Shown piece by piece: positions 17,160 through 25,324 of a stretch of DNA of 64,000 nt. How positions within the stretch are numbered: position 1 is the first letter of the stretch; the number at the start of each line of letters is the position of its first letter. Made by a program: the position numbers and the translations under genes. The notes beneath the pieces are model-generated. The model searched no databases. It was not told the origin of the DNA and saw only the letters and a list, made by a program, of their open reading frames with translations. Origin of the DNA: Neobacillus sp. (GTDB lineage: Bacteria > Bacillota > Bacilli > Bacillales > Cytobacillaceae); NCBI GenBank assembly GCA_040797665.1, contig JBFNER010000020.1, positions 9,124-73,123 on the forward strand, read 5' to 3'.

Positions 17160-17189
17160 AGGGACCAGCCGAGGTCCCTTTATTTTTTC
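17160..17189. terminator. Bidirectional terminator between convergent genes
   Basis: GGGACC-agccga-GGTCCC with a T-run on the plus strand. It overlaps the 3' end of the minus-strand gene. Confidence 0.55.
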
Positions 17190-17725
17190 TTTAAGAAAAG
17201 ATAAATCATATAGCTTATGACAAGCACTACTAGTAATCCAATTTGCCATTCGGTTTTAAATTGGAGGACCTTGTGTACAGAATAAGCCTCAATTAATAAA
17301 GAGGGGATTTTGCCCACTGTACTAGCGATGCTAAATGAAATGATTCCCATTTTGCTAATTGCAGCTGCTAGTGTAACTGCTCCAGAAGGAACAAAAGGTA
17401 GAACTCTTAGGACGAGAACCAAAAATATTCCCTCTAGATTCTCAGTGGATTTGAGCTTAGCTACAAGTCTATTCTTTGATTGTAATTTTTCAGTTAGTTT
17501 ACTTAGTCCCTTCCGATACAGAATAAAACTGATAATGGCGCCCGCTGCTTCCCCAATAATTGAAACCATTAATCCATTGCTAAAACCAAAAAAAGTAATG
17601 TTCCATGCTGTAAGAAAAGCACTTGGAACGACACCTGAAATCGCAATTAGGATATTAAGAATGACACTGATAAACAATGCAGTTGTTGTATTTAGAGGAA
17701 TCCATTGAGGGATGAAATTTTCCAT
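17180..17725 (-). CDS. TVP38/TMEM64 (DedA-related, SNARE-associated) family membrane protein
   Basis: VLRVLPFVPSGAVTLAAAISKM-type motif. The likely start is MENFIPQW (17725), preceded by AAAGGAA. The ORF track extends to 17770. Confidence 0.7.
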   Translation of the reverse strand: MENFIPQWIPLNTTTALFISVILNILIAISGVVPSAFLTAWNITFFGFSNGLMVSIIGEAAGAIISFILYRKGLSKLTEKLQSKNRLVAKLKSTENLEGIFLVLVLRVLPFVPSGAVTLAAAISKMGIISFSIASTVGKIPSLLIEAYSVHKVLQFKTEWQIGLLVVLVISYMIYLFLKKK

Positions 17726-17943
17726 TTTTATATTCCTTTCAATCGTTGATCTCCTATCCATAATCCGCAAATAAGCCTGTATTGTAAATAAAAAGTTTGC
17801 AGATTCTATGGATTTCGAAAAAAATTAAATGATAACTAACAAAGCTTAGTATTAAATGTTTTGATTTTCTTCATAATTTCTCGATTTTTTTAGGTTATGA
17901 TGTTAGTAAAAATTAAACTTCAAAGTTTTGAAGGAGAAAGTTA

Positions 17944-19332
17944 ATGAAGCGGTTTATTCAAATAAAAAGTATATCTGTAAAGCTCGGTTTACTGTTAAGT
18001 GGTGTTTTTACCTTTTTACTCCTTATCCTTGGAACCATATTATACGTAGTTTTTACGAATTTATTTGTGAATTATATTAATCAGGACTTGCTTGAGAGAG
18101 GTATCAATCATGCGAATGTTTTAGAACGTCAGTTTAATCAGGAAACCATTGAACATGTTATTAGTATGGAGAAAAATGTAACAACGAAGGTATTAGTTAT
18201 AGATGTTGAACAAAACATATTGGCTTCCTCGTCTACTCCTGACCGAGATATGATTGATCACTTATTACCCAAGAACATGAAATTATCTAATGGATTATTG
18301 TTAGAAGATGATTGGCGAGAGCATGATTACATGATTACCGTTTCACCGATTGGAACAAATAAGGGTTTTGTGTATATGTACTATCCAGCAAACATACTTA
18401 AAGAAATAGTAAATGTTTTGAATGTTCTAATGCTAGTGGTTAGCATCGGAATTGTACTACTTGCATTTGGATTCATTGGAATCCTATCTAAAAAACTCGC
18501 ACAACCACTTCTAATGATGAGGGATGCAACGAATAAAATGTCATTGGGAAAATATGAGCAAAAAATACCTGTAAGTGGTAAGGATGAAATTGCTCAGTTA
18601 GGAACATCAATCCAGTCGCTAGGAGAACAACTCCAATTCTATGAAAATAGCAGAAATGATTTTCTTGCAGCTGTTTCACATGAACTTCGTACACCACTAA
18701 CATATATAAAAGGATATAGCGATATCCTTAACAAAGACATGGTTAAAAATTCTGATGAACAGAGGGAGTATCTTAAGATTATTAATAAAGAGGCAACACG
18801 AATCTCCGTCCTAGTCAATGACTTATTTGAATTAAGCAAACTGCAAGTAGGCCGTTATGAACTGGTGAAAGAGTGGACGGATGTTAACCATGTGATTGAA
18901 AAAGTGATTTCCAATCTTAAACCAGCGGTTTTAAAAAAGGGATTAAGGTTTAATGTTAGTCTCCAGCCTGTCCCGAAGATTCATATAGATGAAAAGAGAA
19001 TGGAGCAGGTTATTTACAATTTAGTTGAAAATGCAATGAAATATACGAATGAAGGTGGAATTACGATTCACTCAGCTATAGAAAAAGAGATTGTCATGGT
19101 AAGGATAAGCGATACGGGAATTGGAATACCAGAATCTGATCTTCCTAAAATATGGGAACGTTTTTATCGTGTCGATCAATCTAGAACAAGAAAAACGGGT
19201 GGTACAGGGATTGGGTTATATGTAGTAAAGAAGATTATTGAATCACATGGTGGTGAGGTTACGGTTACAAGTATTGAAAATGAAGGGACTACCTTTACCA
19301 TTTTTTTAACTAATAACTTTAGTGGTAATTAG
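17944..19332 (+). CDS. Sensor histidine kinase (2 TM, extracytoplasmic loop, HAMP, HisKA, HATPase_c)
   Basis: H-box SHELRTPL, N-box NLVENAMKYT, G-boxes DTGIGI and GTGIGL. Confidence 0.9.
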   Translation: MKRFIQIKSISVKLGLLLSGVFTFLLLILGTILYVVFTNLFVNYINQDLLERGINHANVLERQFNQETIEHVISMEKNVTTKVLVIDVEQNILASSSTPDRDMIDHLLPKNMKLSNGLLLEDDWREHDYMITVSPIGTNKGFVYMYYPANILKEIVNVLNVLMLVVSIGIVLLAFGFIGILSKKLAQPLLMMRDATNKMSLGKYEQKIPVSGKDEIAQLGTSIQSLGEQLQFYENSRNDFLAAVSHELRTPLTYIKGYSDILNKDMVKNSDEQREYLKIINKEATRISVLVNDLFELSKLQVGRYELVKEWTDVNHVIEKVISNLKPAVLKKGLRFNVSLQPVPKIHIDEKRMEQVIYNLVENAMKYTNEGGITIHSAIEKEIVMVRISDTGIGIPESDLPKIWERFYRVDQSRTRKTGGTGIGLYVVKKIIESHGGEVTVTSIENEGTTFTIFLTNNFSGN

Positions 19333-19343
19333 GAGAGAAGTAC

Positions 19344-20015
19344 ATGAAAATATTAATTGTTGATGATGAGATGGAAATGAGGCTGCTATTACGATTATAT
19401 TTGCTGCAAGAGAACTACTTAGTGGATGAAGCGGAAAATGGAAGAGAAGCTCTGTCAAAAGTGGCAAAAGGTCGTTATGATTTAATGCTTTTAGATGTGA
19501 TGATGCCGGAAATGGACGGATGGGAAACGATTGATCAGGTCAGGAAGATTTCGGATATTCCTGTCATTATGTTGACAGCAAAAGGTTCGCTTATGGATAA
19601 GGTAACTGGGTTATCTAGGGGAGCAGATGATTATTTAGTAAAACCATTTGAAGTAGAGGAACTATTAGCGAGGATTCAGGCAATTATTCGTAGGTCCCAG
19701 CCGAATGAGATAAGTGATCAAATTCTAAAATATAAAGGAATTCTTTTAAATCTTAGTGCGCGTAGTGCGATGTATCTGGATAAAAAGATTAACCTTACTC
19801 AGACGGAATTTGACTTATTAGAAGTATTTTTTAAACATAAAGGAAAGGTGCTTTCTAGAGAGCAGCTAGTTGAGATCGTTTGGGGGTTAGAGTTTGCAGG
19901 AGAAGATCGGACAGTTGACTCTCATATTCGAAACCTTCGAGATAAGTTGAAATTCGCTGGGATAGAATGGCCATTGATTAAGACCGTCTGGGGAATAGGA
20001 TATAAGGTAGAATAA
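19344..20015 (+). CDS. OmpR/PhoB-family response regulator
   Basis: Receiver domain (DDE...D...LTAK) plus a winged-helix output domain (TVDSHIRNLRDKL ... GIGYKV). Confidence 0.9.
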   Translation: MKILIVDDEMEMRLLLRLYLLQENYLVDEAENGREALSKVAKGRYDLMLLDVMMPEMDGWETIDQVRKISDIPVIMLTAKGSLMDKVTGLSRGADDYLVKPFEVEELLARIQAIIRRSQPNEISDQILKYKGILLNLSARSAMYLDKKINLTQTEFDLLEVFFKHKGKVLSREQLVEIVWGLEFAGEDRTVDSHIRNLRDKLKFAGIEWPLIKTVWGIGYKVE

Positions 20016-20024
20016 GGTGAGACG

Positions 20025-20264
20025 ATGAAGCGACTTTTACCGCTGACTGTCCAAATAGTTTTAATGGTATTCGGTATCTCCTTATTAATTTTTGTTATTA
20101 CAATGTTTTCTCCAAATAATGTGGAGGTTGTAATGAAAAAAGGGATTTTACTCGAGCATATGTATTTATGGTTTGGTAAAACCTTTTGCATGTTCCTATT
20201 CGCCATAGGAGTATTTGGCTTCCTTTGGATGGTTATTCGCTTGATGAAATTGAATAATAGATAA
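20025..20264 (+). CDS. Small two-TM membrane protein, probably co-transcribed with the two-component system
   Basis: The ATG follows AAGGTGA and lies 10 nt after the regulator stop. Two hydrophobic helices. No recognisable family. Confidence 0.5.
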   Translation: MKRLLPLTVQIVLMVFGISLLIFVITMFSPNNVEVVMKKGILLEHMYLWFGKTFCMFLFAIGVFGFLWMVIRLMKLNNR

Positions 20265-20360
20265 AAGCTTACAGGCTGTAAACTTTTTTAATACATACCT
20301 TTGACAATATCATTCGGTATTCATACAATAAACTAAAGAAAGTTGGTTTAATCCAAAATA

Positions 20361-20729
20361 ATGGTGCATATGAAAAAGAGAGAGCACAAATGTCAAGAGG
20401 TGATGATGATGTGTCTTTCCAATGATTTTGTTGAGCAGCAAGCAAATGAATATGCTCAAAGGATTCGTAAGGATACATTATATAAGTTTAGTAGAGTAGA
20501 AGAAAATGACTTCTCCTTCATTACCAAGGTAATCTTAGAAGATGAGGCGGGTTTGAGTTATTCTGTTGAACCAAATTCCTTTGGATTAAGTTTTGCAAAA
20601 GGGGAGATTACCTATAAAGAATACAAAAGATTACAAGAAAGAGAAACCTTTAATGGAATAACCAGTTTTTTTGTCATCATAGGCTTTGTTAGCATATTGA
20701 TGATTACTACCGTAAGGTTTTTAATCTAA
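20361..20729 (+). CDS. Hypothetical protein with C-terminal TM anchor (probable start near 20409)
   Basis: An ORF with a C-terminal hydrophobic helix. AGAGGTG precedes the ATGATGATG triplet at 20403-20411. Followed by a terminator. Confidence 0.45.
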   Translation: MVHMKKREHKCQEVMMMCLSNDFVEQQANEYAQRIRKDTLYKFSRVEENDFSFITKVILEDEAGLSYSVEPNSFGLSFAKGEITYKEYKRLQERETFNGITSFFVIIGFVSILMITTVRFLI

Positions 20730-20761
20730 CAGCAAGTCCGTCGGAGGCTTGCTGTTTTTAT
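20729..20761 (+). terminator. Rho-independent terminator
   Basis: acagcaag ... cttgctgt followed by T5. Confidence 0.6.
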
Positions 20762-20808
20762 TTGTATAAAGTGATTGCACCAAAAGGAAAATAAGTTAAT
20801 GGTGTAAG

Positions 20809-20824
20809 TAACGTAATTAACGTA
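20809..20824 (+). promoter_or_regulatory. Direct repeat TAACGTA-N2-TAACGTA upstream of the lipoprotein gene (candidate regulator site)
   Basis: The heptamer occurs at 20809-20815 and 20818-20824. The same heptamer recurs at 23302-23308, upstream of the polyferredoxin operon. Confidence 0.2.
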
Positions 20825-20890
20825 TAAATGCATACTTTCTGCAAATTTATGGTGTAGGATAATAAAATAATTTTAAGGAGGAATTGAAAC

Positions 20891-22174
20891 TTGAAAAACA
20901 AACTTCAGCTACTTTTTCTAATCACGATAATTCTAACATTATTCTTAGTTGCTTGTTCAAAAGAAAATGATTCAGCTAGTCACGGTAGTACAGATAATAA
21001 TCATACGGACATGAATAAGGAAGGAACAAAGTCAGAAAAAGATACTTCTAGTGGAGTAAAAGATGAGTTCGCTAAGGCACCGACTGAAATGAACCAATAT
21101 GCTGACCAAAATTTGTTATCATTAAATACAAAAAATATTACCCGCTTAAACTCAAGTCAGCCAATTGAAGCAGCAGTGTTAGTTTCTCAAACTATTTTTC
21201 CAGCAACACATAAAGAAAACCAGCCAGGAACTGTGATTTTGGTTCCTTTAGATAATTGGCAAATAGGGTTGGCTTCTGCAAATTTAATTCATCATCCAAA
21301 TAACGGACCCATCCTTTTCATTACGAACGATGGTATTCCAGATCTTACACTGAATGAAATCAAACGATTGAACCCATTGGGAAATACAGAAGGTACACAG
21401 GTAATGGTGATGGGCGCTGTGAATCAATTGATTCTAGATTCTCTAAATCAATATAAAGTAGAAGTTATGAATGAAACGGAGCCTGCAAAATTTGCTGAAG
21501 CAGTTGATAAAAAGTATGCAGAGGTTTCAGGAGGAGAATTCACGAACAGTGTGATTGTGGTTTCAACGGATGAAGAAGCAAAGCTATTTTCATTAGCTGC
21601 CGCAAACTGGATTGCCCATATGCCAGAACCTGTTCTATATGTTACAGCCGAGGATATTCCTGCTGCTACTAAAAGTGCCTTAACCAAAAGAAATAACCCC
21701 AATATCTATGTTTTAGGACCTGAAACAATCATTTCTAATTCAGTAGTTAGTGATTTGAAAAAATACGGAACAGTAACTCGGATTAGTGGTAAGGATGTTA
21801 TCAGCAATTCAATCGAATTTGCGAAGTATAAAGACCAAGCAACTGGTTTTGGGTGGGGGTTAGCTGAGCCAGGTCATGGTTTATCTTTTATTTCGACCGA
21901 AAGTCCAGAACTGGCAATCGCTGCTGCTCCATTTTCCCATTTAGGAAAGCATGCACCGATTATTTGGCTGGATAAAGGGAATGTAACGGAACCAATTTAT
22001 CAATTTATGGCTACGATTAAACCAACCTTCAAGGAAGACCCTACAACAGGTCCTTATAATCATGGATTTATCATCGGAACGCAAACAGATATCACATTTA
22101 CCGTTCAAGGAATACTTGATGATAAATTAGAAATTATCCAAGAAAATGGAGGCGGTCATGGAGGCGGCCACTAA
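20891..22174 (+). CDS. Lipoprotein with three cell-wall-binding-repeat-2 (CWB2)-like modules and a GGGHGGGH tail
   Basis: TTG follows AAGGAGG. Lipobox LVAC. Three ~95-aa modules resemble CW_binding_2 (e.g. VILVPLDNWQIGLASANLIHHPNNGPILFITNDGIPDLTLNEIKRLNP). Confidence 0.65.
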   Translation: MKNKLQLLFLITIILTLFLVACSKENDSASHGSTDNNHTDMNKEGTKSEKDTSSGVKDEFAKAPTEMNQYADQNLLSLNTKNITRLNSSQPIEAAVLVSQTIFPATHKENQPGTVILVPLDNWQIGLASANLIHHPNNGPILFITNDGIPDLTLNEIKRLNPLGNTEGTQVMVMGAVNQLILDSLNQYKVEVMNETEPAKFAEAVDKKYAEVSGGEFTNSVIVVSTDEEAKLFSLAAANWIAHMPEPVLYVTAEDIPAATKSALTKRNNPNIYVLGPETIISNSVVSDLKKYGTVTRISGKDVISNSIEFAKYKDQATGFGWGLAEPGHGLSFISTESPELAIAAAPFSHLGKHAPIIWLDKGNVTEPIYQFMATIKPTFKEDPTTGPYNHGFIIGTQTDITFTVQGILDDKLEIIQENGGGHGGGH

Positions 22175-22206
22175 AAGTTATGGGATAAGAGAAGGGGGAA
22201 GCAGCT

Positions 22207-22818
22207 ATGAAAGTCAAAATTGCTGTTAATGGCGGGATAGGTTTTGGGTCTAAGCTAAATGCAAAGCAACTGCTTGTTCTGGCAAAATATTTACAAGATG
22301 ATGACCTCGAATTAACTACCTTTCAGCAGTTATATATTGAAATACCAGCAGACAATAAGGATGAAATTATTGCAGAATTTGAGGGAGTGGGACTACATTC
22401 CTATTCGGTTGGCAACTATGTGAAAAGTCTAAGAACCTGCAATTTTTGTAAGGGAGAGGAGGAAGAAGGAATGCCTGTCGCAATTGAGCTAAATCAACGA
22501 ATTGCAGGTATTCCTGTCCCTTTTACCTTGAAGCCGGCATATACTGGCTGCCCTGTGGGATGTGGGGAGCCTTTAATCAATGATATTGGGATTATGAAAA
22601 TAAAAGATAGCTACAGTTTATATGTTGGAGGAAAGTCAAAGGGCCAAGATGCAGAGGCAGGTAAATTATTACTTGAGAATCTTAGTCCAGATGAATTATA
22701 TTCAGCGGTTGAACGAATGATCCGTTTTTACAGCGAGCAAGGCAAAAAACGTGAACCATTCTATAAGTTTGTTAATAGAGTAGGTTTCGCTGCCCTACTG
22801 CAAGCAACAGATAGTTAG
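22207..22818 (+). CDS. Small (203 aa) nitrite/sulfite-reductase-like (NIR_SIR) 4Fe-4S/sirohaem-domain protein
   Basis: YTGCPVGCGEPLINDIGI closely resembles the TGCPNGCG...G cluster/sirohaem loop of CysI/NirA. An upstream CNFC pair is present. A ferredoxin-like half-domain lies at the N-terminus. Confidence 0.6.
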   Translation: MKVKIAVNGGIGFGSKLNAKQLLVLAKYLQDDDLELTTFQQLYIEIPADNKDEIIAEFEGVGLHSYSVGNYVKSLRTCNFCKGEEEEGMPVAIELNQRIAGIPVPFTLKPAYTGCPVGCGEPLINDIGIMKIKDSYSLYVGGKSKGQDAEAGKLLLENLSPDELYSAVERMIRFYSEQGKKREPFYKFVNRVGFAALLQATDS

Positions 22819-22853
22819 GTTATTAGGATAAGAATCTTATAGAAGGTCATTTA

Positions 22854-22886
22854 AAAAGCTTGGGGAAGTCCTCAAGCTTTTTGATT
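22854..22886 (+). terminator. Rho-independent terminator
   Basis: aaaagcttg-gggaagtcct-caagctttt followed by TGATTT. Confidence 0.7.
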
Positions 22887-23027
22887 TGCATATATTCGTT
22901 CTAGATAGGAAGCGTATTTTATGTTTTTAAAATTGTTACAAAATCTCGTTAGTTTCTGCACATTCATTTCATACAATCAAAGCAGATTAATTGATCTTTA
23001 CCGAAGGTTAAATAGAGGAGGATTTAT

Positions 23028-23156
23028 ATGAATCATGAACATTTAATGAAATTTAGCGTACGTCAAATGGCAAAGGAGGGAAAGTCAATCAAAAAAACTA
23101 AGATGAAAATATCATTATTGAGTTATATTGCTTTGTGTATAAAAAGACGAAATTAA
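23028..23156 (+). CDS. Possible 42-aa basic small protein
   Basis: Strong RBS AGAGGAGGA lies 7 nt before the ATG. The ORF MNHEHLMKFSVRQMAKEGKSIKKTKMKISLLSYIALCIKRRN is followed by its own terminator. No family recognised. Confidence 0.3.
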   Translation: MNHEHLMKFSVRQMAKEGKSIKKTKMKISLLSYIALCIKRRN

Positions 23157-23183
23157 AAGGGATTGTTCTCATTTTTGAGGACG

Positions 23184-23211
23184 ATCTCTTCTATTTTTAG
23201 AAGAGATTTTT
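23184..23211 (+). terminator. Rho-independent terminator
   Basis: atctcttct-attttt-agaagagat followed by TTTT. Confidence 0.7.
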
Positions 23212-23260
23212 ACAAACTTATGAACAATAATCAATCATTAGGTTACAGACAAATTTAATC

Positions 23261-23283
23261 CATTAAAAATGCATTAAAACTGC
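23261..23283 (+). promoter_or_regulatory. Direct repeat CATTAAAA with 11-bp period (candidate OmpR-type regulator site)
   Basis: CATTAAAAaTG / CATTAAAAcTG at 23261 and 23272, about 80 nt upstream of the 23359 start. Confidence 0.25.
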
Positions 23284-23358
23284 AAACTTTGGCCCTAAAT
23301 TTAACGTAGAAAGCAAAATAACCATGTATTACTCAAATAACTGTTGGAGGTGGAAAAG

Positions 23359-23793
23359 TTGAAAAAAAGTTTTATATCATTATTTGTTTTAGCATTTATC
23401 TTCTCTTTTAATCTATTAGTTTTTGCGGACAAGGGCCATGATGATAGCAAACCTGAATCTTCAGAGGTCACAGAAACGGAAACACAAACGGAAACGGAAA
23501 CTGGGGAGATCGATCATACAAAAGAAGCAGAGGAACATTTAAAAGAGGCGGAGAAACATTCAAAAGAGGCAGAGAAGCATTCTAACGATGCCAATTCACA
23601 TTCTGATGGAAAAGAGAATCAATCTACTGAGGACAAGGAGAAAGAACATGAAGAAGAGGCAGATGATGGACATCATGGCCCGGTAGTTGAAACACCGCCA
23701 AACTATAAAGTATTAGGAACGTATGGAGCGGTGAATCTTTCATTTATCTTAATTGGTGTTTGGACTAAGTGGTTTAGAAGGAAGGGGAAATAG
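23359..23793 (+). CDS. Exported His/Glu/Lys-rich repeat protein with C-terminal membrane anchor
   Basis: TTG 23359 lies 5 nt after GGAGGTGG. Signal peptide, TETETQTETETGE, KEAEEHLKEAEKHSKEAEKHSNDANSHSDG, DDGHHG, then a TM helix plus RRKGK. The stop lies 2 nt before the next start. Confidence 0.6.
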   Translation: MKKSFISLFVLAFIFSFNLLVFADKGHDDSKPESSEVTETETQTETETGEIDHTKEAEEHLKEAEKHSKEAEKHSNDANSHSDGKENQSTEDKEKEHEEEADDGHHGPVVETPPNYKVLGTYGAVNLSFILIGVWTKWFRRKGK

Positions 23794-23795
23794 AC

Positions 23796-25160
23796 ATGGC
23801 AATGCCTGAGAAAAAACTAAGACCAGAAAAGGAACCTTTTGACCTTCTGTCTATTCCGCTGGTTAAAAAATTTGTAAAAAGTAAATGGTATCCCGGAATC
23901 TTTCAATGGATGGTTATTTTTGTATTTTCGGTTATTGTGTTTGAATTGGTAATGGGAACGGTAAATCCGAGTAAAAACTTTGGAACAACAATGACTTGGG
24001 TGTTATGGTGGCCGATTATCCCTATTTTATTTCTAGTAGCGGGTCGTTTCTGGTGTGCAATCTGTCCTTTTGGCAAGCTAAGCGACATCATCAGAAAAAC
24101 AATTGGTGCAAATCGCCCAATGCCTAAGTTTCTAAGAAGATATGGAATATGGTTAATTGATTTATTCTTTATCGCCATTACATATAGTGACCACGTGTGG
24201 GGAATTGTAGAATCGCCACGCGGATCAGGTTACTTGTTGCTGCTATTAGTTACAATGGTTGTCGCAACTTCTGTTTTTTATGAAAGAAGAACATTTTGTA
24301 AGACGCTTTGCTTCCTTGGCGGTCTTGCCGGGAACTATGCGCGTTCTGGAGCCGTAAAAGTACAGGCAACACCAGATATTTGTAAAACCTGTAAGGTTCA
24401 ATCATGCTACAAAGGAACGGAGAAAGTAGAAGGATGTCCGATGTTCCAATTTCCAAGAACAATGGAATCTAGTGCTGAATGCAATATATGTGCAAACTGT
24501 GTGAAAAACTGTCCGTATAACTCGATTAAAATCACAACTCGAGTTCCGACAAAAGAATTATGGGGCTTAAAGAATCCAAAGCTTGAGCATGCTTCCTTAG
24601 CAGCGGTAATTATGGGAATCGTGTTCGTACAAAACATTACCATGCTTGAACCATGGCAGGATATATTAAATGCAATCGGAACGGTTACTGGTACCTCAAA
24701 CTACACTGTCAACTTCACCATCGCTTTTATCATTGCAATGGCGATTCCAATTCTATTATTATTAGGAACTGCAAAAATAGCTTCATCCTTCGGTATGGAA
24801 GGTACAGTTAAAAAGAACTTTACTCGGTTTGGATACGCGATTATTCCTTTAGATCTTGCAGGTCACTTAGGTCACAATCTTTTCCATATCTTCACCGAGG
24901 GTAAAGCAATTTGGTATAACTCAATTGGTTTGTTTGGAGTTCAATCGAATCCTGGCAGCCTGAGTCTTGCCTCAACCCCAACTGTTCAAATGATTCAGTA
25001 TGCGATAATTGTTATTGGACTGATCGGTACAACTTATGTGACGTATAGAATGGGTAAGAACTCATCATTTAAAGCAATGCTCCCATACTATGTACTCATG
25101 TTTGCACTAGCAATTGCTAATATTTATCTATTCTCACTGCCTATGAGTCACAGAGTATAA
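23796..25160 (+). CDS. Integral-membrane polyferredoxin (NapH / CcoG / YccM-like, two 4Fe-4S motifs) with an extra C-terminal TM bundle
   Basis: FWCAICPFG and FCKTLCFLGG membrane-proximal Cys motifs. CKTCKVQSC...GCP and CNICANCVKNCP ferredoxin motifs. About 9-10 TM segments. Confidence 0.75.
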   Translation: MAMPEKKLRPEKEPFDLLSIPLVKKFVKSKWYPGIFQWMVIFVFSVIVFELVMGTVNPSKNFGTTMTWVLWWPIIPILFLVAGRFWCAICPFGKLSDIIRKTIGANRPMPKFLRRYGIWLIDLFFIAITYSDHVWGIVESPRGSGYLLLLLVTMVVATSVFYERRTFCKTLCFLGGLAGNYARSGAVKVQATPDICKTCKVQSCYKGTEKVEGCPMFQFPRTMESSAECNICANCVKNCPYNSIKITTRVPTKELWGLKNPKLEHASLAAVIMGIVFVQNITMLEPWQDILNAIGTVTGTSNYTVNFTIAFIIAMAIPILLLLGTAKIASSFGMEGTVKKNFTRFGYAIIPLDLAGHLGHNLFHIFTEGKAIWYNSIGLFGVQSNPGSLSLASTPTVQMIQYAIIVIGLIGTTYVTYRMGKNSSFKAMLPYYVLMFALAIANIYLFSLPMSHRV

Positions 25161-25191
25161 GGTGAATAAAATGACATTGATTAATCATTAA

Positions 25192-25240
25192 CCAATAAAA
25201 GCCTGTGCAGGTTAGTATCCTGCACAGGCTTTTATTGGTT
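25192..25240 (+). terminator. Strong terminator (20-bp perfect stem)
   Basis: ccaataaaagcctgtgcagg-ttagtat-cctgcacaggcttttattgg. Confidence 0.85.
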
Positions 25241-25324
25241 TAAAAGATTCTTTTTCCAAGTATGATGAAAAAAGTTTGGGAACACTAATTGGAGTGCTGA
25301 AATTAGTGAAAGAGAGGGGAAACA

